Of a stretch of DNA of 64,000 bases, positions 1-13,450 are shown piece after piece. How positions within the stretch are numbered: the first letter of the stretch is position 1; each line of letters starts with the position of its first letter. Source of the DNA: Chara braunii (taxonomy: Eukaryota; Plantae; Charophyceae). The DNA is taken from the NCBI GenBank assembly GCA_003427395.1, contig BFEA01000017.1, positions 58,791 through 122,790 of the forward strand. Direction: 5' to 3'. The notes below the pieces were generated by a model. That model was not told the DNA's origin. It did not search any database and saw only the letters and a list, made by a program, of their open reading frames with translations. The position numbers and the translations under genes were made by a program.

Positions 1-3000
1 GACATCCATACCTGGTTCTTCTAACGTATGCATGGTGAAGTTATACCGGTTGTTTCTCCCTTCTATCCTTCCTGAAAAGGCTAGACTCTAGAGCATGTTC
101 GCGGGCAGTGATTTGTGGCATTATTGCCCAGTCTCCTATTGCCCATTGCCTGTCCTTTTGGAGCAAAGGGACCCATTCCGTTGCTATGGCACTTAGCGTT
201 TTTTGGAGATTTTGGGCGAGGTTGTGGCTACCTTTGAGCTTGCCGTGGAGATGTCTGCAGTTCACCCAGTCTTTCCTGTCTTCGTCCCAGATATGTTTGA
301 TTTGCCAAACTCCTTTTTCTAGCTAGTTTCCCCATTTCGAATCCTTTGCGGTGAGAGTGAAAGGCGTTCCATTGTTGGAGATTATCCAGGGGTTGCAGAA
401 AGGGTTTACCTCGGTATCTCTTTTTTGGTGCACGGTTGTCTGACCTTTGCTGGGGATGTTTCTCTCCATGCTTGGAGTATTGTTCTCCAGAACTTTAGTC
501 TTTGTTCATTTTTTGTCTGATGTAATGACCCGCCATAACACAGACAGAGAGCACTGCTGATTTTTGAAGTTCTGTCGATGGAATGGATGCCTTGCTGAGA
601 TTCCCGCATTCTGCTGTGTTTTCTAAGTCTGTATGTGTGCATGCCTGTTGACTTGCGTGCCTGTCTGAGTGCTTGTTGGCATGAGTGTGTGTGTGACCCG
701 CAAGGGTACTTGCTTGTTTGGTAGGCCCGTAGGGCCGGTACTTGCATGTGGCCGTGGCATTGAGGGTTGCAGCAGGGAAATCACTCAAGTAGCGGAGCCA
801 GGGGCCCGCGGTGCTTAGAGCAGCGGAAAAACACTCAAGTAGCAGGTAGGCCGGTACCGCACCCAGTAGCAGTAGATGTGCCGGGTACTCGAGGCCAAGC
901 AGAAGAAGACAAAGTTGGCATTTTTAGAGGCCCAGTAGCGGTAGGCTAGGTCTAGGCCGGTACCAGTCCATCCAGTCTGAGTCTAGAGCCTGTACGGGCA
1001 ATATCAGAGTCTGCAATGATGTTTCCCTCCGAAAGGGAGGAGGTACTGGTTGCTTGGGAGGCCGCGCGGCCTGGAAGTCACCGCCCAGGAGGCAAGCAGG
1101 CTGCGATATCAAGAGGCTGAGGCAAGAGCTCGGCCTCATTCTTCAGTGTGCGAGTTGGGCGTCACGCTGTTGGAGCGCTGCGCTGGCTGCTACAGCGCTG
1201 CTGGGAGGATGAAGCCGGGAGCTTCCACCTTGGCTATGGTGGAGCTTGGCCGGTAGGAGGGAGAAGGGGACCAAGGGGGAGAGTGGCGAGGTACCTACCT
1301 GACTATGGTGGACACCATCTTCATCACCTTATTAGGCGCTGCATCTGGAAGGCCCCCGTTGGGGTAGTGCTGCACCACGGAAGCTCGGGGTAGAGTCAGG
1401 CATGGCAGTTCGGTGAGCAGCGGCATAGCTGCTTGAAGCGGCAGCGACATAGCTGCTTTGGGTTGTCTTTGGACAGGAGGCTGAAGCCTCAGTAGTCCCG
1501 CCATAGCCCCGACTGTAATGACGAGGAAGGAGAAGGGTGGCCATGGCTATGATGGACCTCATGTTTGTGCCTGCAGTAGAAGTGGGATTCAGACATTGAT
1601 TTTGGTTCAGCCATTCAACATTATTACTATTATTTCTTGTTTGAATAAGAGGGGAGGAGATAAGGAGGAGGAGATTGGTTGGCGAAGAAGAAGAGCATTG
1701 TCATTGGTCTATGCTGGAGTACATCATTTTTTTCTTCTTTCTTACTTCTTCTTCTTCTTCTTTCCCTCTCTCACCTCTCAAGTTCATTTATTTCTTTTTG
1801 CAATTGGACGACAGTGTACTTTCTGATGTATGTATACTTCGAAATTGGCTAGGATCGTAACACTAATCTTGAACTGAAGCTCTTTTTTTCATTGTCCATG
1901 ACTTGCTCATTACCCTGAAGGCACCCTGCATATTTTATGTTGTGTTGTATACCGGTAACTGTTGTAAGCCCTGTAAGGCTAAAGGTTGCCACGGGAGTCT
2001 AGGACTGGTTATTAGTTTTAGGATCCATTTGGTTTGGATCGCTGTTATTTGAGTGGTTGGGTCCAATATTCGCAGTCCCCCTTGGGTCTTTTTCCTAGTC
2101 ACATATTGCCATGCTACGTTTGTATTGAAATGTTGTCTAGAGGCATCTCCTGTCCAGAGGAAAGCTGAGGCTTTCCTTTGTATGTCCTTTAATGCCTTTT
2201 GGTCCGGGGACCAGAAGGCTGCCACGTACCACATCATTGAGCATATTGACGAGTTCAGTATTAGGGTGCGACCAAACAGAGATATGTGTATCCTTCCCCA
2301 GGAGCTCGTTTTGCTGGTCATTTTTGCCAGTAGACTGGGTGCCATTTCCGTCGCAGCACTGGATTCTGTCATTTATATTCCTAGGACTCTGATGGGGTCG
2401 TTGGGGTCAGTCCAAGTCATTCCCTCTGGAGTGTTTAATGACACTTCTATATTATTTGTTGTTATCCACCAGCCTACTGTTTTCTACCATTTGATACGCA
2501 TTTCGACTGCTAATTGGAACGCGCTCATAGCTCTGGTGAGGGACTGAAAGGATGAGGAGGAAGCTCTTATTAGTACTGTCATGTCATCCGCAAAAAGGAT
2601 AGTAGGAGGAATGAGCTAGCTACTAAAGTTTTCCTTTGGTGGATCGGCGGGACTGAAAGGATGAGGAGGAAGCTCTTNNNNNNNNNNNNNNNNNNNNNNN
2701 NNNNNNNNNNNNNNNNNNNNNNNNNNNNNNNNNNNNNNNNNNGGAGGAAGCTCTTATTAGTATTGATCAGGTCATCCGCAAAAAGGATAGTAGGAGGAAT
2801 GAGCTAGCTACTAAAGTTTTCCTTTGGTGGATCGGCGAGCCTATGAATGGAGAGGGGTATTTTCTTAGGAATGATGGCCATTCACTTGTACAACTCATAG
2901 GGCCAGAGCAGGTCATCTTAACTCGCACCCATTTCCTGAAGTTAGGGCCTACTCCCATTGCTTCCATGCATTGCTGTAGGAAGTCCCAATTAACTTGATC

Positions 3001-4860
3001 GTAGGCTTTTTCAAAGTTAAAGAAGAGGATGGCTGCATTCATCTTTTTGCCTTTAATGTATCTTACTGATTCGGGCAGAGTCATTACATTGTCTAGAATG
3101 AATCTACTCGAAATGAACCCTGTTTCGTCTATATGGAAGCAGTTTTTGGTAATCTTTCTTATCCTATTTGGTAACAGTTTGGCTAGGATTTTGTACGCAA
3201 CGATTAGCAGGGTAATAGGCCTGTAGTTTTTAATGTCAGTGGGATCCCCCTTCTTGTAGAGTAGCGTGACTATACCTGTACTTAGAAATGGCCCCAGACC
3301 CTCTTTGTCTCATGTTGTCTTGATCAAGTTGCTGAATTCTAACCTTATGTCTGCCAAAACTCTTTGGAGAGACCATCTAGACCTCGTGTTTTCCCGGGTT
3401 TCATGGTATCTAAGGTCTTTTTCAGTTCTTCACTGGTAATTGGTTGGTCGAGCTTTTCAACCATGCTGGGGGGGATTGTCTTGTTTAGGTGTTTGCATAA
3501 TCTTTCTCTAGCTTGTAGAACTGACCTAGGTGTGGGGCTTTCCGTTTTGGAGGATTAGAGTTCTTTGTAGAAAGACTCCGTTATTTCGAGCATTTTTGTT
3601 AGACCGGACGCCAGCCCTTCCTCCCCTCTAAGCTGTTGTATGGCTGAGTTTCTTCCTCTTGATTTGATTTTTCGAAAGGAGAACTTGGTCATTTTTTCAC
3701 CTGCTTTCCATTCCTTGATTCTTGTCCTCAGTCTCAAGTCGTTCGCTCTCCAAGCATTCCAGTTGGCCAGCTCTGTTCTAGCTGTAGATAGTAGTTCCCC
3801 GTAGGTTGTAACTCTAGGGTAGGTGTTGAGGTTTGATTCTGCAAGGTTGACTGCTGCTTCTAGTTCTTTTATGCGTTGATTTCTTCTGGCTGCCAGTTTT
3901 CTAGAGGCAACTTATAATGCTGCTTTTGATATGTTCTTTACTAAGGATGGGAAATATGATTTCTCCCTCTCGGAAACTATGCATGCTTGAACGATTTCTT
4001 CTTTCAGTTCTATTCTATTTAGTATGAAATTGTTGATCTTGAAGAAGTTTGACCCTTTTTGTAAACCTGGGTCAAAGAGAAATTCTATGAATATTGGGTT
4101 ATGGTCTAGACCACTGTGGTAGGGTAGTTTTCCTATACCTGTGTTGGGGATCGTTCCTCTGAGAGAATGTGATACTTGGAAATAGTCTATCGCGGAGCTT
4201 GAGATGTGTTGGGTTCTATTTCTTTTTCTGTATGTGATTCTATTTGCTTCCGGGTGTATTGTTCTCAGTGGTTTTGTTAGGTTCCTTTCAAGCATTACGA
4301 CATGCATTATCTGGGCTTCCGTTTGCAGCAAGGAATCGCGGTCCCTTTGTGAACAAGAGAGTCTGTCTCTAGTTGGATCTAGAGTAGTGTTCTTTTCACC
4401 TGCTAGCAACAAGTGTTTTTGTTCATCGCACATAGCTGTTAGGTTTTGAATGAAACACTGTCTCTGAAGGAAGTCGTTAGGGGTATAGGTTTTTATATTA
4501 ATTGGAATGTTTCTTCTTTGTAGTTGAACTGGGCCTCTATCCATCTTCCGCTAACTCGGTCTAGTCTGCTCTCAACCATCTGAATTAGGTTGGCCGCTCT
4601 TGATTTTTGGTGCCATAGGACTGTTGTTCCTGTTGAACCTTTCTCGGAAGGGGCCCAGAGTCCAACTCGTACATGTTTTAGCCTGGTTATTATTTTGTTA
4701 ATTATGACCTTGTGTTCTTGAGAATCTGACAAGTGTATTTCTTGTAGACAGACTATGTCTGGTGGATTCCTTGTAAACCAGTTAACCATATTGTCCCATT
4801 TGTCTGTGTTGGTTAATATTGATGCTAGCCCATTAACGTTCCATGAAACCACTGACAGTT
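1..4860 (-). pseudogene. LINE-A ORF2 (endonuclease-reverse transcriptase) relic
   Basis: ORF fragments 4493-4852, 3912-4544, 3555-3737, 2767-3084, 1935-2372 and 41-500 occur in canonical L1 ORF2 order. Confidence 0.92.
521..1862. mobile_element. Solo LTR (Ty3/gypsy-like) inserted in LINE-A ORF2
   Basis: Begins TGTAATGA, ends TCGTAACA (TG...CA, 6/8 inverted). Flanks CTGA / CTAA (4-bp TSD, 1 mismatch). LINE ORF2 continues on both sides. Confidence 0.75.
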
Positions 4861-4986
4861 AAGGCTCTTTGTGTTTGACGGAAAAGTGGTTGGACCGGCA
4901 CCCCCCTTGGTCACACACTGACTGGAGTAGTGCCGTCGTGGAATGTTAAATGGGCGTTCGTGCTTTTGCTTGTTTCGTTTGCGATT

Positions 4987-7854
4987 TAGTTGAAAGGGGA
5001 TTCATTGCAGAGAGCGTGGCGGACCTTGACCTGGCGGGCCTTTGTTTCGAGGACCTGGTTCAACTGTTCCTCCCTGCCATCAAAGATTTCGTGCCCTTCG
5101 ACTATTGAGGTTGAGACTGCCGCTCTTTCTGCCGGAATTTCTCCCCCCATGAGTCCATATGGGATTGCATGTAGTACCTTTTATGGTTTCTAGACAATGT
5201 GGTCCATGAGCTGGGCTTCCATTGAGTAGCGCACCATGTAGGGTCTCAAGTCATGTAGGGTCTCAAGTCACTGACCAGGATGTCGCCTATGTCGTCCAAC
5301 CATTCCTCTCTCCAATCATCCTTTGAACCTAGGATGTGTGCTGCTACTGGTGAGTCCTTGGAGATGTTGGCAGCAAGAACCTTGTTGGAAGGGCTTGACA
5401 AGGCTATGAGAGACCATGATTTGACTACAACAATCTCCCAATCCCCATGCTCCTCGTTCCAACGGTAGGGCAATACTACTCTTTTCTTGCACCCACCTTT
5501 GGCTTCCAGTTTAGCAGTTGTGAAGATCTCAACATTCTGTCCCAGGGCTAGCCCTTGTAGGTTGAACGTGCCATCGACCGTTTCTCTGTTCTGATCCACG
5601 AGGACTATGATCTGGGCATGTAAGATTTCCTTCTGTCTGTCTAGGTCTTCTCTTGTGCGCAGTTGGATATCTTCTCTTATGTTCCCTTCCACCTTGGCTG
5701 GGTTATTTGGGTTCTTTTGCTCTTTCCCTTTTGCACCCTTGGATCTCTTGCTCGGGTGGATGCTGTCTGCTTTTGTGTACGTCTTTGGCCATTGAATTGC
5801 GATCTGCGTGGTTGCAGTCTGCCTCCCTACTTTAGTCCAGTCTGTGCCAGTAGCGTTCTACGAAAAGATCCGACAGTTCCTATTCCTTTTCCAGTATTTC
5901 GTACTGGTTTTGGGTTGGAATTTGAATGGTGGGGTCAGCCTGGTTAAAGGTGAAGTTTTGCAGATTGAGGAGGTGCCTTTTGTGTGCCACTTGGATTTCG
6001 AATTCCACTTCCCTTTCTCTTTCGAGCTTCTTGACATAGTCATTGAGCCATTTAAGTAAGTTTCCCTTACTTCCTCCTTCGTGCTCACCTAGCTGTTCGT
6101 CTTGCAGGTCTGTACTTTCTCCCTTTGAGTCTTGGGACATCTTGTCGTCCTCGCCTGCCTGTTCGATGGTGTTGTCCGACTGTCCTTCCGTAGTGACTTC
6201 CTTCCCTTTTTCTCCTTCCCCTTCTTGTCCTCCTTATTCTCCTCCTCTGTTTTCTCCGTGTCCTCTTGTTCTCCTTCTTTGGTATTTGCCTCCATTTGGT
6301 CTGCTGTGGAGGTTGTCTCGTCAATTCTACTTGCCTTGTTGGTAGTTTGGCTGTTTGCTAAATGGGTTGAGGCCGTTTGCTCGACCTTTCTTTTGAGCGG
6401 TTTGCCTGTGTTCTCTGTGGAATAGGCTCCCTTTGTGCTGTTGGCTTTCTGTTCTTCCTTTTGTGTACTCTCTCTTTGTGTTTTTTTTCAGCACACAACA
6501 TTTTCCCCTTGCTTGTAAGTTTTCAATGTAGGCCTTTTCCGCTGAGGTCCCTGTTTTTATGAGGTCTGCCATATGCCCTTCCTTTGTTTGTCCTCTACGA
6601 GTCCCTGTGCGTCTAGGCATTGTTTTCTTAGGAATCCGCCATCCTTGTCTGCGATTCTCTTAGAACCCTTCTTTTGCCACTGACTCCCAAAAGGCGGGTA
6701 GATGTCTGGTTGGTTTATCGGTTCGTCCACCAGCGTCCAAATCCATTTTGGTGCCTCTAGCATGTCGTCAAATACCCAACCTCTGTAGGCTGGATTGTTG
6801 ACGAACCACAGTCCTGCCTTTGAGACGCATTCAACCAGATTGGCTTGGATTTGGCCCGGTTTGGCTCCTCTTTCTCTATTGAGGGGACAATTTATGTCCG
6901 TGCCCAGGTGACCTTTCCCCTGCATCTGAAACAACGGGGATTGGTTTTCGTGGAGAGAAAGACGATCAATTTTTGCCCATTTCTCCTGAAAAACCAAACA
7001 TCTGGGAATTGCGGTGGGACGCCTGATGGCACCTGCAGGCATGCTATTCTTGAGTCGTGATTTGGCGCTAGGAAATTTGTTCCTGATTCAAACCATTCTA
7101 TGGCTGGGTTGTTCGGATATGCCTCTGCCAACCTTCTCTCTACGAAGTTGTGCAGTCCTTCTGGGATGTTGTCGAATTGGATTCAGAAATTGCTTATCAA
7201 CATTGCTTGTTTGTGTCAAGATGCATCTGGTTGAGGAGCTCTTCTGGGTTTCCAACTGGTAACTGTGATCACTCCCTTTTTGCATTTCAGACTGCTGAGG
7301 GAGATGAGAGACCTGGCGTAGGCTCTGTCTGGACAGACTATCATGACTATGTTTCTTGCCTTCTTGTGATAAGTGACTACTGGTTCCGTTCCTGGTATCT
7401 CTTCCAAAGAGCGGAGGGTATCCCTTACCGAGGTACGGTTTTCATTAGGCGACATGTCTGAGCACTTTTGTGGGAAATTGAATAGGACTGCGCGCTTTTC
7501 AAAAACCTCGTTTCAACTCGCTTCGTCTTCTTTTGGACATTCCCAAATTTCTATTGTTTGGCTCTCTCCTCCCTGCTCGGCTGGGGATGTTTCCTTGGTT
7601 ATGTTAACCTTGGCTTTTACTTGTGTGTTTGAGATTAGGAATTCCATTGCCCTTTGGCTCAGAGTTTTGTGAGGTGAGTTTGACGTGTCCTGTGAAGTTT
7701 CCATTGAGTGTGCTTGTGCAACAAACTTTCCACCGTTTGATCCTTGGTGCGGTTATCTCATGTGGGTCGGTGAAGTTGGAGGCTCTGGATTGTCCTTTGG
7801 TTTAGGTGGCCTCCCGTCCTCCATGGCGAGCGCTTCAACGAAAGACTTGGCCAT
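4987..7854 (-). pseudogene. LINE-A ORF1 (gag-like) relic with zinc knuckle and long C-terminal extension
   Basis: Starts MAKSFVEAL at 7854. Knuckle CFRCRGKGHLGTDINC at ~6885-6935 is split by a frameshift. Charged linker 5700-6500. A further globular-looking region at 4987-5690. Confidence 0.75.
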
Positions 7855-8831
7855 GGTGAGAAAGAAGCTCTGGAAGTAGGCTTTTGACCTTGGTTGTACG
7901 ACTACAACTGGTCCTCTTAGGTGGCATGATTGAAAGAAAGGTCCTTGTGAAGTGGGTCGTGGCCGACATCAGGCGAGCAGGTGATTGAGGATGGGTGAAC
8001 AGGAGGAAGGGTTGCCTGACGTGGTGGATACTGCTTGCTTTCTAGCGATCTGCCTGGCTAAATTTTGGCAGAGGTTCGCCTCCCTTCCTAGGAGATGGGA
8101 AGCAAGGGGTGTTGTGGGGGAATCGATTGGAAGAGGGATATCTGGATAAGAGTGTTTGCTACCTTGCTAGGGATTGGGGAGCACTTACTCTCTCCCCGTG
8201 GGGATAGGAGTTACCAGTGTACTAAGAGGACAAAATGCTTCTACTTTTGCTCTTGAGATGAAGAAGAGGACTTTTTACCAGTCGTTACAATAGCGGGTCA
8301 AATTATAGAGCTTTGCCGTCTGCCTGAGAAATTTGGTGTAAATTTCCTCCCCTTCCCCTGGGAAGTGGGGGTGCAACGGGATCAGGTGAGATGTATCGAT
8401 TGGAGAGGGATCAACTGGAGGCTGTTTGTCCTGTTAATAGTTAATCGTCATTTCCCTTCCCCTTTTGGGGATGGGAATTATGGGCGAGAGAATGCGGCCA
8501 AAAATTTTCGCTCTTGCCCTTGTGACAGAGTAGGACAAGGAGACTGCAGGAGGTGTGGGACCTGCACTGGCGAGGGTTACAATGTTAGCAGCAACTAGTT
8601 CAGATCTTCCCTTCTTGATGCCATTCGACGTGGAGCCAGAGATTCTGGATTGTGATAATAATAATGGATGACAAGTAATAAAGAATTTAATAAGATTAAT
8701 AATAAATGATAATAATGAAGGGATCTGTGATCATGATAATCCAAATAGGATTTATGATAATGAGTAGATCTTGAAATCAATAATGAATTTAATAGTAGTA
8801 TGGTAATAAAGAATAAGAGTTCGAAAAATTG

Positions 8832-11741
8832 CTACGTTACCAGCTGTCCGATTGGGAGATGTCTCCCCCAGACGTCTCCGGGAGACGGTCGAGAGGGAGT
8901 TGTTCGAAAAATTGGACAACGACTTTTTTGCCACGTGGAAAGCAAAAAAAAAAAAAAAAGAAGTTGGGGGGGGGTCTGCGCACTGCCAGGGGACCCCCCC
9001 CAAAAAATATGGGGCCATTCTGAGCAAAAATAGAAAAAAAAATTGAGACAGGCTTTGGGGTGTGTGGGGGGGTGGGGTTGGGTGGTTGATTGATTGATTG
9101 ATTGATTGAAAAAAGATCGGGGAGGGTCGGCGGAGTGATCGGGTGGCCAATCACTTTGGCCCCCTCACACTCCTCCTCCTCCTCCTCCTCCACCATGGTC
9201 GGGGCCTTCTCCTACTCATTCTCCTCCGTATCCTCGTCGTCTCTCCTCCTCCACCTCCTCCCCGGCTGCCACCGCCACTGCCGCCGCCTCTTCCTCCTTC
9301 GCCACTATCGGGGCCTCCACGTCCTCCTCCTCCTCCTCCTCCTCCTTCGTCATCCTCCTCTTCGTTTTTCTCCTCGTCCTTCTCCATCGCCATGGCCTCT
9401 TCCTCCCCCGCTTCCTCTTCTTCCTCCTCGTCCCGCCAATCCCTATCCCATCGTCATCTCCTCCTCCACCATCGTCGGGGCCACCTCCTCCCCCGCTGCC
9501 ACCGCCGCTGCCACCGCCTGCCCCTCCTTCAACCCCGTCGAGGCCTCCTCCTCCTCCTCCTCCTCCTTCTTCGTCATCGTCCTCCTCGTCCTCTTCGTCT
9601 TTCTCATCGTCGTTCTTCATCGCCACGACCTCCTCCTCCCCCGCTTCTTCTTCTTCCTCCTCGTCCCGCCAATTGCTGTCCCCCTACTCGTCATTCTCCT
9701 CCCCATCCTCACCGAATCGATAACGTCTCCTCCTCCTCAATCAATCAATCAATCAGTCAATCGATCGAAGATCCCATCGAATCGATTGATTCGATAGGAT
9801 CTTGATAAGGATCTTGACTTATCAAGATCCTATCGAATCAATCGATTCGATGGGATCTTTGATTGATTGATTGATTGAAAAAAGAGCGGGGAGGGCTGGC
9901 GGAGTGATCAGGTGACCAATCACTTCGGCCCCCTTCCACTCCTCCTCCTCCTCCTCCAACATCGCCGGGGCCTCCTACTCCTCATTCTCCTTCCCATCCT
10001 CGTCATCTCTCCTCCACCTTCCCCCCACGCTGCCACCGCTGCTGCCGCCGCCTCTTTGTCCTTCACCCCCGTCGGGGCCTCCTCCTACTCATCCTCTTCT
10101 TCTTCTCCTTCTTCCTCCTCCTCCTCCGCCTCTTCTTCTTCTTCATCCTCCTCGCCGCCGTGGCCTCCTCCTCCTCCGCTTCCTCCTCCTCCATCGTCGG
10201 GACCTGCTCCTCTTCTTCTTTCTCCTCCTCTTCTTCCTCCTCCTCTTCTTCCTCCTCCTCTTCTTCCTCATCCTCTTCCCACCTTGTCCTCCTCGTCGTC
10301 GTCGTCCTCCTCCTCCTCCGCTTCTTCTTCTTCCTCCTCTAAGTTCTCTCCCTCCTCCTCCTCCATCTTCGTGGCCTCCTCCTCCTCCACCTCTTCTTCC
10401 TCCTCCACCTCTTCTTCCTCCTCCTCCTCCTCCTCATTCTCCTCCTCGTCCTCCATCGTCGACGCCTCCTCCTCCTTCGTCGTCCTCCTCTTTGTCTTCC
10501 TCCTCGACCTTCTCCATAGCCACGGCCTCCTCCTCCCCAGATTCTTCTTCTTCCTCCCCGTCCCTCCAATCCTTGTCCCACTACTCGTCTTTTGTTTTTG
10601 TTAACGACCTCCTCTTTCCCTATTTTTTTTTTTTTTTTTTTTTTTTTNNNNNNNNNNNNNNNNNNNNNNNNNNNNNNNNNNNNNNNNNNNNNNNNNNNNN
10701 NNNNNNNNNNNNNNNNNNNNNNNNNNNNNNNNNNNNNNNNNNNNNNNNNNNNNNNNNNNNNNNNNNNNNNNNNNNNNNNNNNNNNNNNNNNNNNNNNNNN
10801 NNNNNNNNNNNNNNNNNNNNNNNNNNNNNNNNNNNNNNNNNNNNNNNNNNNNNNNNNNNNNNGAGGAGGAGGCGGAGGAGGAGGCGGAGGAGGAGGGAGA
10901 GGAGGTGGAGGAGGAGGAGGCCAGGGCGATGGAGGAGGAGGAGGAGGGAGAGAACTTAAAAGGATGAAGAAAAAGAAGAGGAGGAAGAAGTAGAAGAGGA
11001 GGAAAACTAGGAGTAGGAAGAGGAGGAGGAAGAAGAGGAGGAGGAGGAGGAGGAGGAGGAGGAGGAGGAGGACAAAGAGGATGATGAGGAAGAAGAGGAG
11101 GGACCGACGATGGAGGAGGAGGAGGCCACGATGACGGAGGAGAGGAAGAAGAAGAAGAGGAGGAGGAGGAGGAGAAGGAGGAGGAGGAGGTGGAGGTGGA
11201 GAAGGAGGACGACAACAACGAGGAGGAGGAGGGGGAGGAAAATGAAATGGAGGAGGAAGAAGAGAGGAGAAGCGGAAGGAGGAAGATAGGAGAAGCGGAA
11301 GGAGGAGGAGGAGGAGGGGGGGAGAAGGAGGAGGAGGAGGTGGATGAAGGGAAGGTGGCTCACCTGATGTGCGCGGGATGGCGCGTGGGGTTGCGCTCGT
11401 GGACCTCGGAGTTCGGCAATGGCAACCCGAACTCCGGCGACAACACGCGGGCCGAGACGCGCGGGGGAGAACGCCACTGCCCCCATTCCGAATTTGAAAA
11501 TAGCCTAATCTGGGCAGTCGATCTCGCAGATCTGACGGCCCAGATTAGGCCTTTTTTTTTCGCTTTTGGAGGCCTTATCGGCCTTCAACAATTCTTCCCG
11601 TCGGCAACCCGGGTTCGCCTGTCCCCGCAGTCCACCCCTGCACTGCCCAAGTCCGTGTCCTAAAGGGACGGCCGACCGGTTGTCCGATCGGACAGTCCCG
11701 GGCGGTCAGGGGGGTCCCGGACGTCCGATCAGGTAACATAG
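8832..11741. mobile_element. Non-autonomous hAT-type DNA transposon filled with CCT/GAG low-complexity repeats
   Basis: TIRs CTACGTTACCAG / CAGGTAACATAG (10/12). 8-bp flanks AAAAATTG (8824-8831) / TAAAATTG (11742-11749). No transposase. Confidence 0.75.
9768..9859. repeat. Perfect palindrome: 42-bp arms, 8-nt loop
   Basis: 9768-9809 is the exact reverse complement of 9818-9859. Flanking (CAAT)n / (ATTG)n extend it. Confidence 0.95.
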
Positions 11742-13243
11742 TAAAATTGTTAATAACTCTACCTCGGGGGAGAAGTGGGGGATGGGCTGGAGGGGGGGGT
11801 GACGAATCGACAGATGGGGGAGGAGGAAGTTTTGTCCGCTGGAGATGGGTATAGGGGGGAATGCGATTTGGATACCTGTCACGAAGGGCTTGGAGGGGAT
11901 GCGAAATGGGGGAGGGAGGGTGGGTGGAAAAGGGGTGTTTTGTGCGCTGGCGGCAGTGGCGTTGGGTAGTGTTTCTTGGGCTGATGGAGGTATAGGCGTG
12001 AGCGGTATGATTAGGGTAACTTGTCAGGGTGAATTATCCCTGTAATGCTGGTTGGTACGCGGAGAGATGGCTGTGGAGGAATGGGGAGTCGGCGAAGAAA
12101 CGTCGGGTCCGTTAAGGAGACTGTCTCGGTTTTAGCAGGTTGCTGTTACTCTAGCGTGCTTGTTTCTGTGACTTTTACTCTCTACCCGTCAGCCTGGCCC
12201 CTATCTCTGTCGATTCTGTGTACTGTAGCTGCTATGTCGAATGAAGTTGTTTCCTCCCAGTGGGTGGAGAAAAATCTCCATCCTGGTCTTTGTCCCTCCT
12301 TGTCTTTTCTTGTGGCGAACGTGGTCGGAGGATTGGCACAAGATGAAGCGGTGAATCTTACCTGGGCCTTGCAGAGGGCTGGTCTGACCTTGATCTGACC
12401 TTGTTGGCAGAAATGATGCCGAAGCTTGTGGCTGCTTGAGACGACCCGCCGATTTGTCTTCCCAACTCTTCTACCCTTGCCTTGTATGTGATCCTTCCTC
12501 TATTAGCACTTTCCTCCCCTTTCCTTTGTTCCTCCCGTCTCTTTCCTTTCGCTGTCCTTTCTCCTTAGTTGGAGGACATGATGGTTCACGCATGTACCTT
12601 CTCCATCTGGTATCTTCCCCCCATTACGTATCGTCTTTTCCTTTTATTAGAAATGCTCCGTTTTTCTTCCCTTCTTTCCACTACGATCTTCTCCTTCACT
12701 CAATTGCCCTTTCCTGATTCCGGCAAGCTTTTGTCGTTTTTGATGATGCTTGACGTGGCTTCCCCCCCTTTCTCCTCCTTCTCCCACTCGCCTCACGAAG
12801 CGCAAAAGGGCGGGAAACCCACGACCCGTCGTGCGTGTTGCTTAGCCGCATGAGATAATTTGGGTACCAGGCGCGGTCGGCGAAAATTAGCGTGTGGGGT
12901 GCAGCGCTAACCGGGCGGCGCTAATGCAAAAAACCTATGGAAGACAAGTCTTTCTAGCAGAACATTAATCGCTTGTTTATATGATTAACTAAATGTATTA
13001 ACTATATATTAACTACAGACCCATAACTGTTAGTTGGTCTGAGGTCCTAAGCAGTCCTGTCCGGCAGGTTAGTGCAAGAGCATGTCCGAAGTGTAAGGTG
13101 TCTTTGGTGGAGCAGAGCAGTTGTTTTGTGCTCTTGACACCACCATGCTGCTGGAGAAGCGCTGTAGATGGGCAGCCACTGCTTGGGTTTGAGCAGCAGT
13201 GAAGCGGGTGCTTCATCTGCTGGGTCTGCCATGGGGTTGGGCG

Positions 13244-13450
13244 TTACCACATCTTCGGGACTTTTTTGTCACAAACAGCATGGCTTCCACATGCTAAGAA
13301 CAGAAACGCGTGGCAATTGGAGTTATATAGGCAGTGAGATGCCAGCCTTTCTCTGTAGGGACTGCGAAGAAGAGAGCCTGCATGGCTGTCAACAATCTCT
13401 GTGGTGTGTGGAAATGGTTGATGACAGGGACAGGTACCAAGGTTTAGAGG
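13244..13450 (-). pseudogene. RING-like repeat family, copy R1 (fragment)
   Basis: Translates CLYNSNCHAFLFLACGSHAVCD, matching CLYNCGRCASLFLACGSHVACD at 42086-42433. Confidence 0.65.

Larger units (their letters stand above)
1..7854 (-). mobile_element. Degenerate L1/Tx1-clade LINE (LINE-A), ORF1 + ORF2, running off the window start; interrupted by a solo LTR at 521-1862
   Basis: APE endonuclease (VSWNVNGL..DIVCLQEIH, IDYF, DHNP; 3912-4852). RT (FEKAYDQVNWDFL ~3000; FADD ~2583). Post-RT motif GGLRILDP (1935-2372). The C-terminal part at 1-510 is homologous to LINE-C 58447-59151. Many stops and frameshifts. Confidence 0.95.

Noticed and set aside
2541-2830. Duplication around the RT FADD motif of LINE-A
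   Set aside because: Spans an N gap; probable contig-overlap artefact.
9102-11490. Pro/Ser/Glu-rich ORFs as extensin or acidic proteins
   Set aside because: Open in many frames on both strands because of trinucleotide low complexity within a TIR element.
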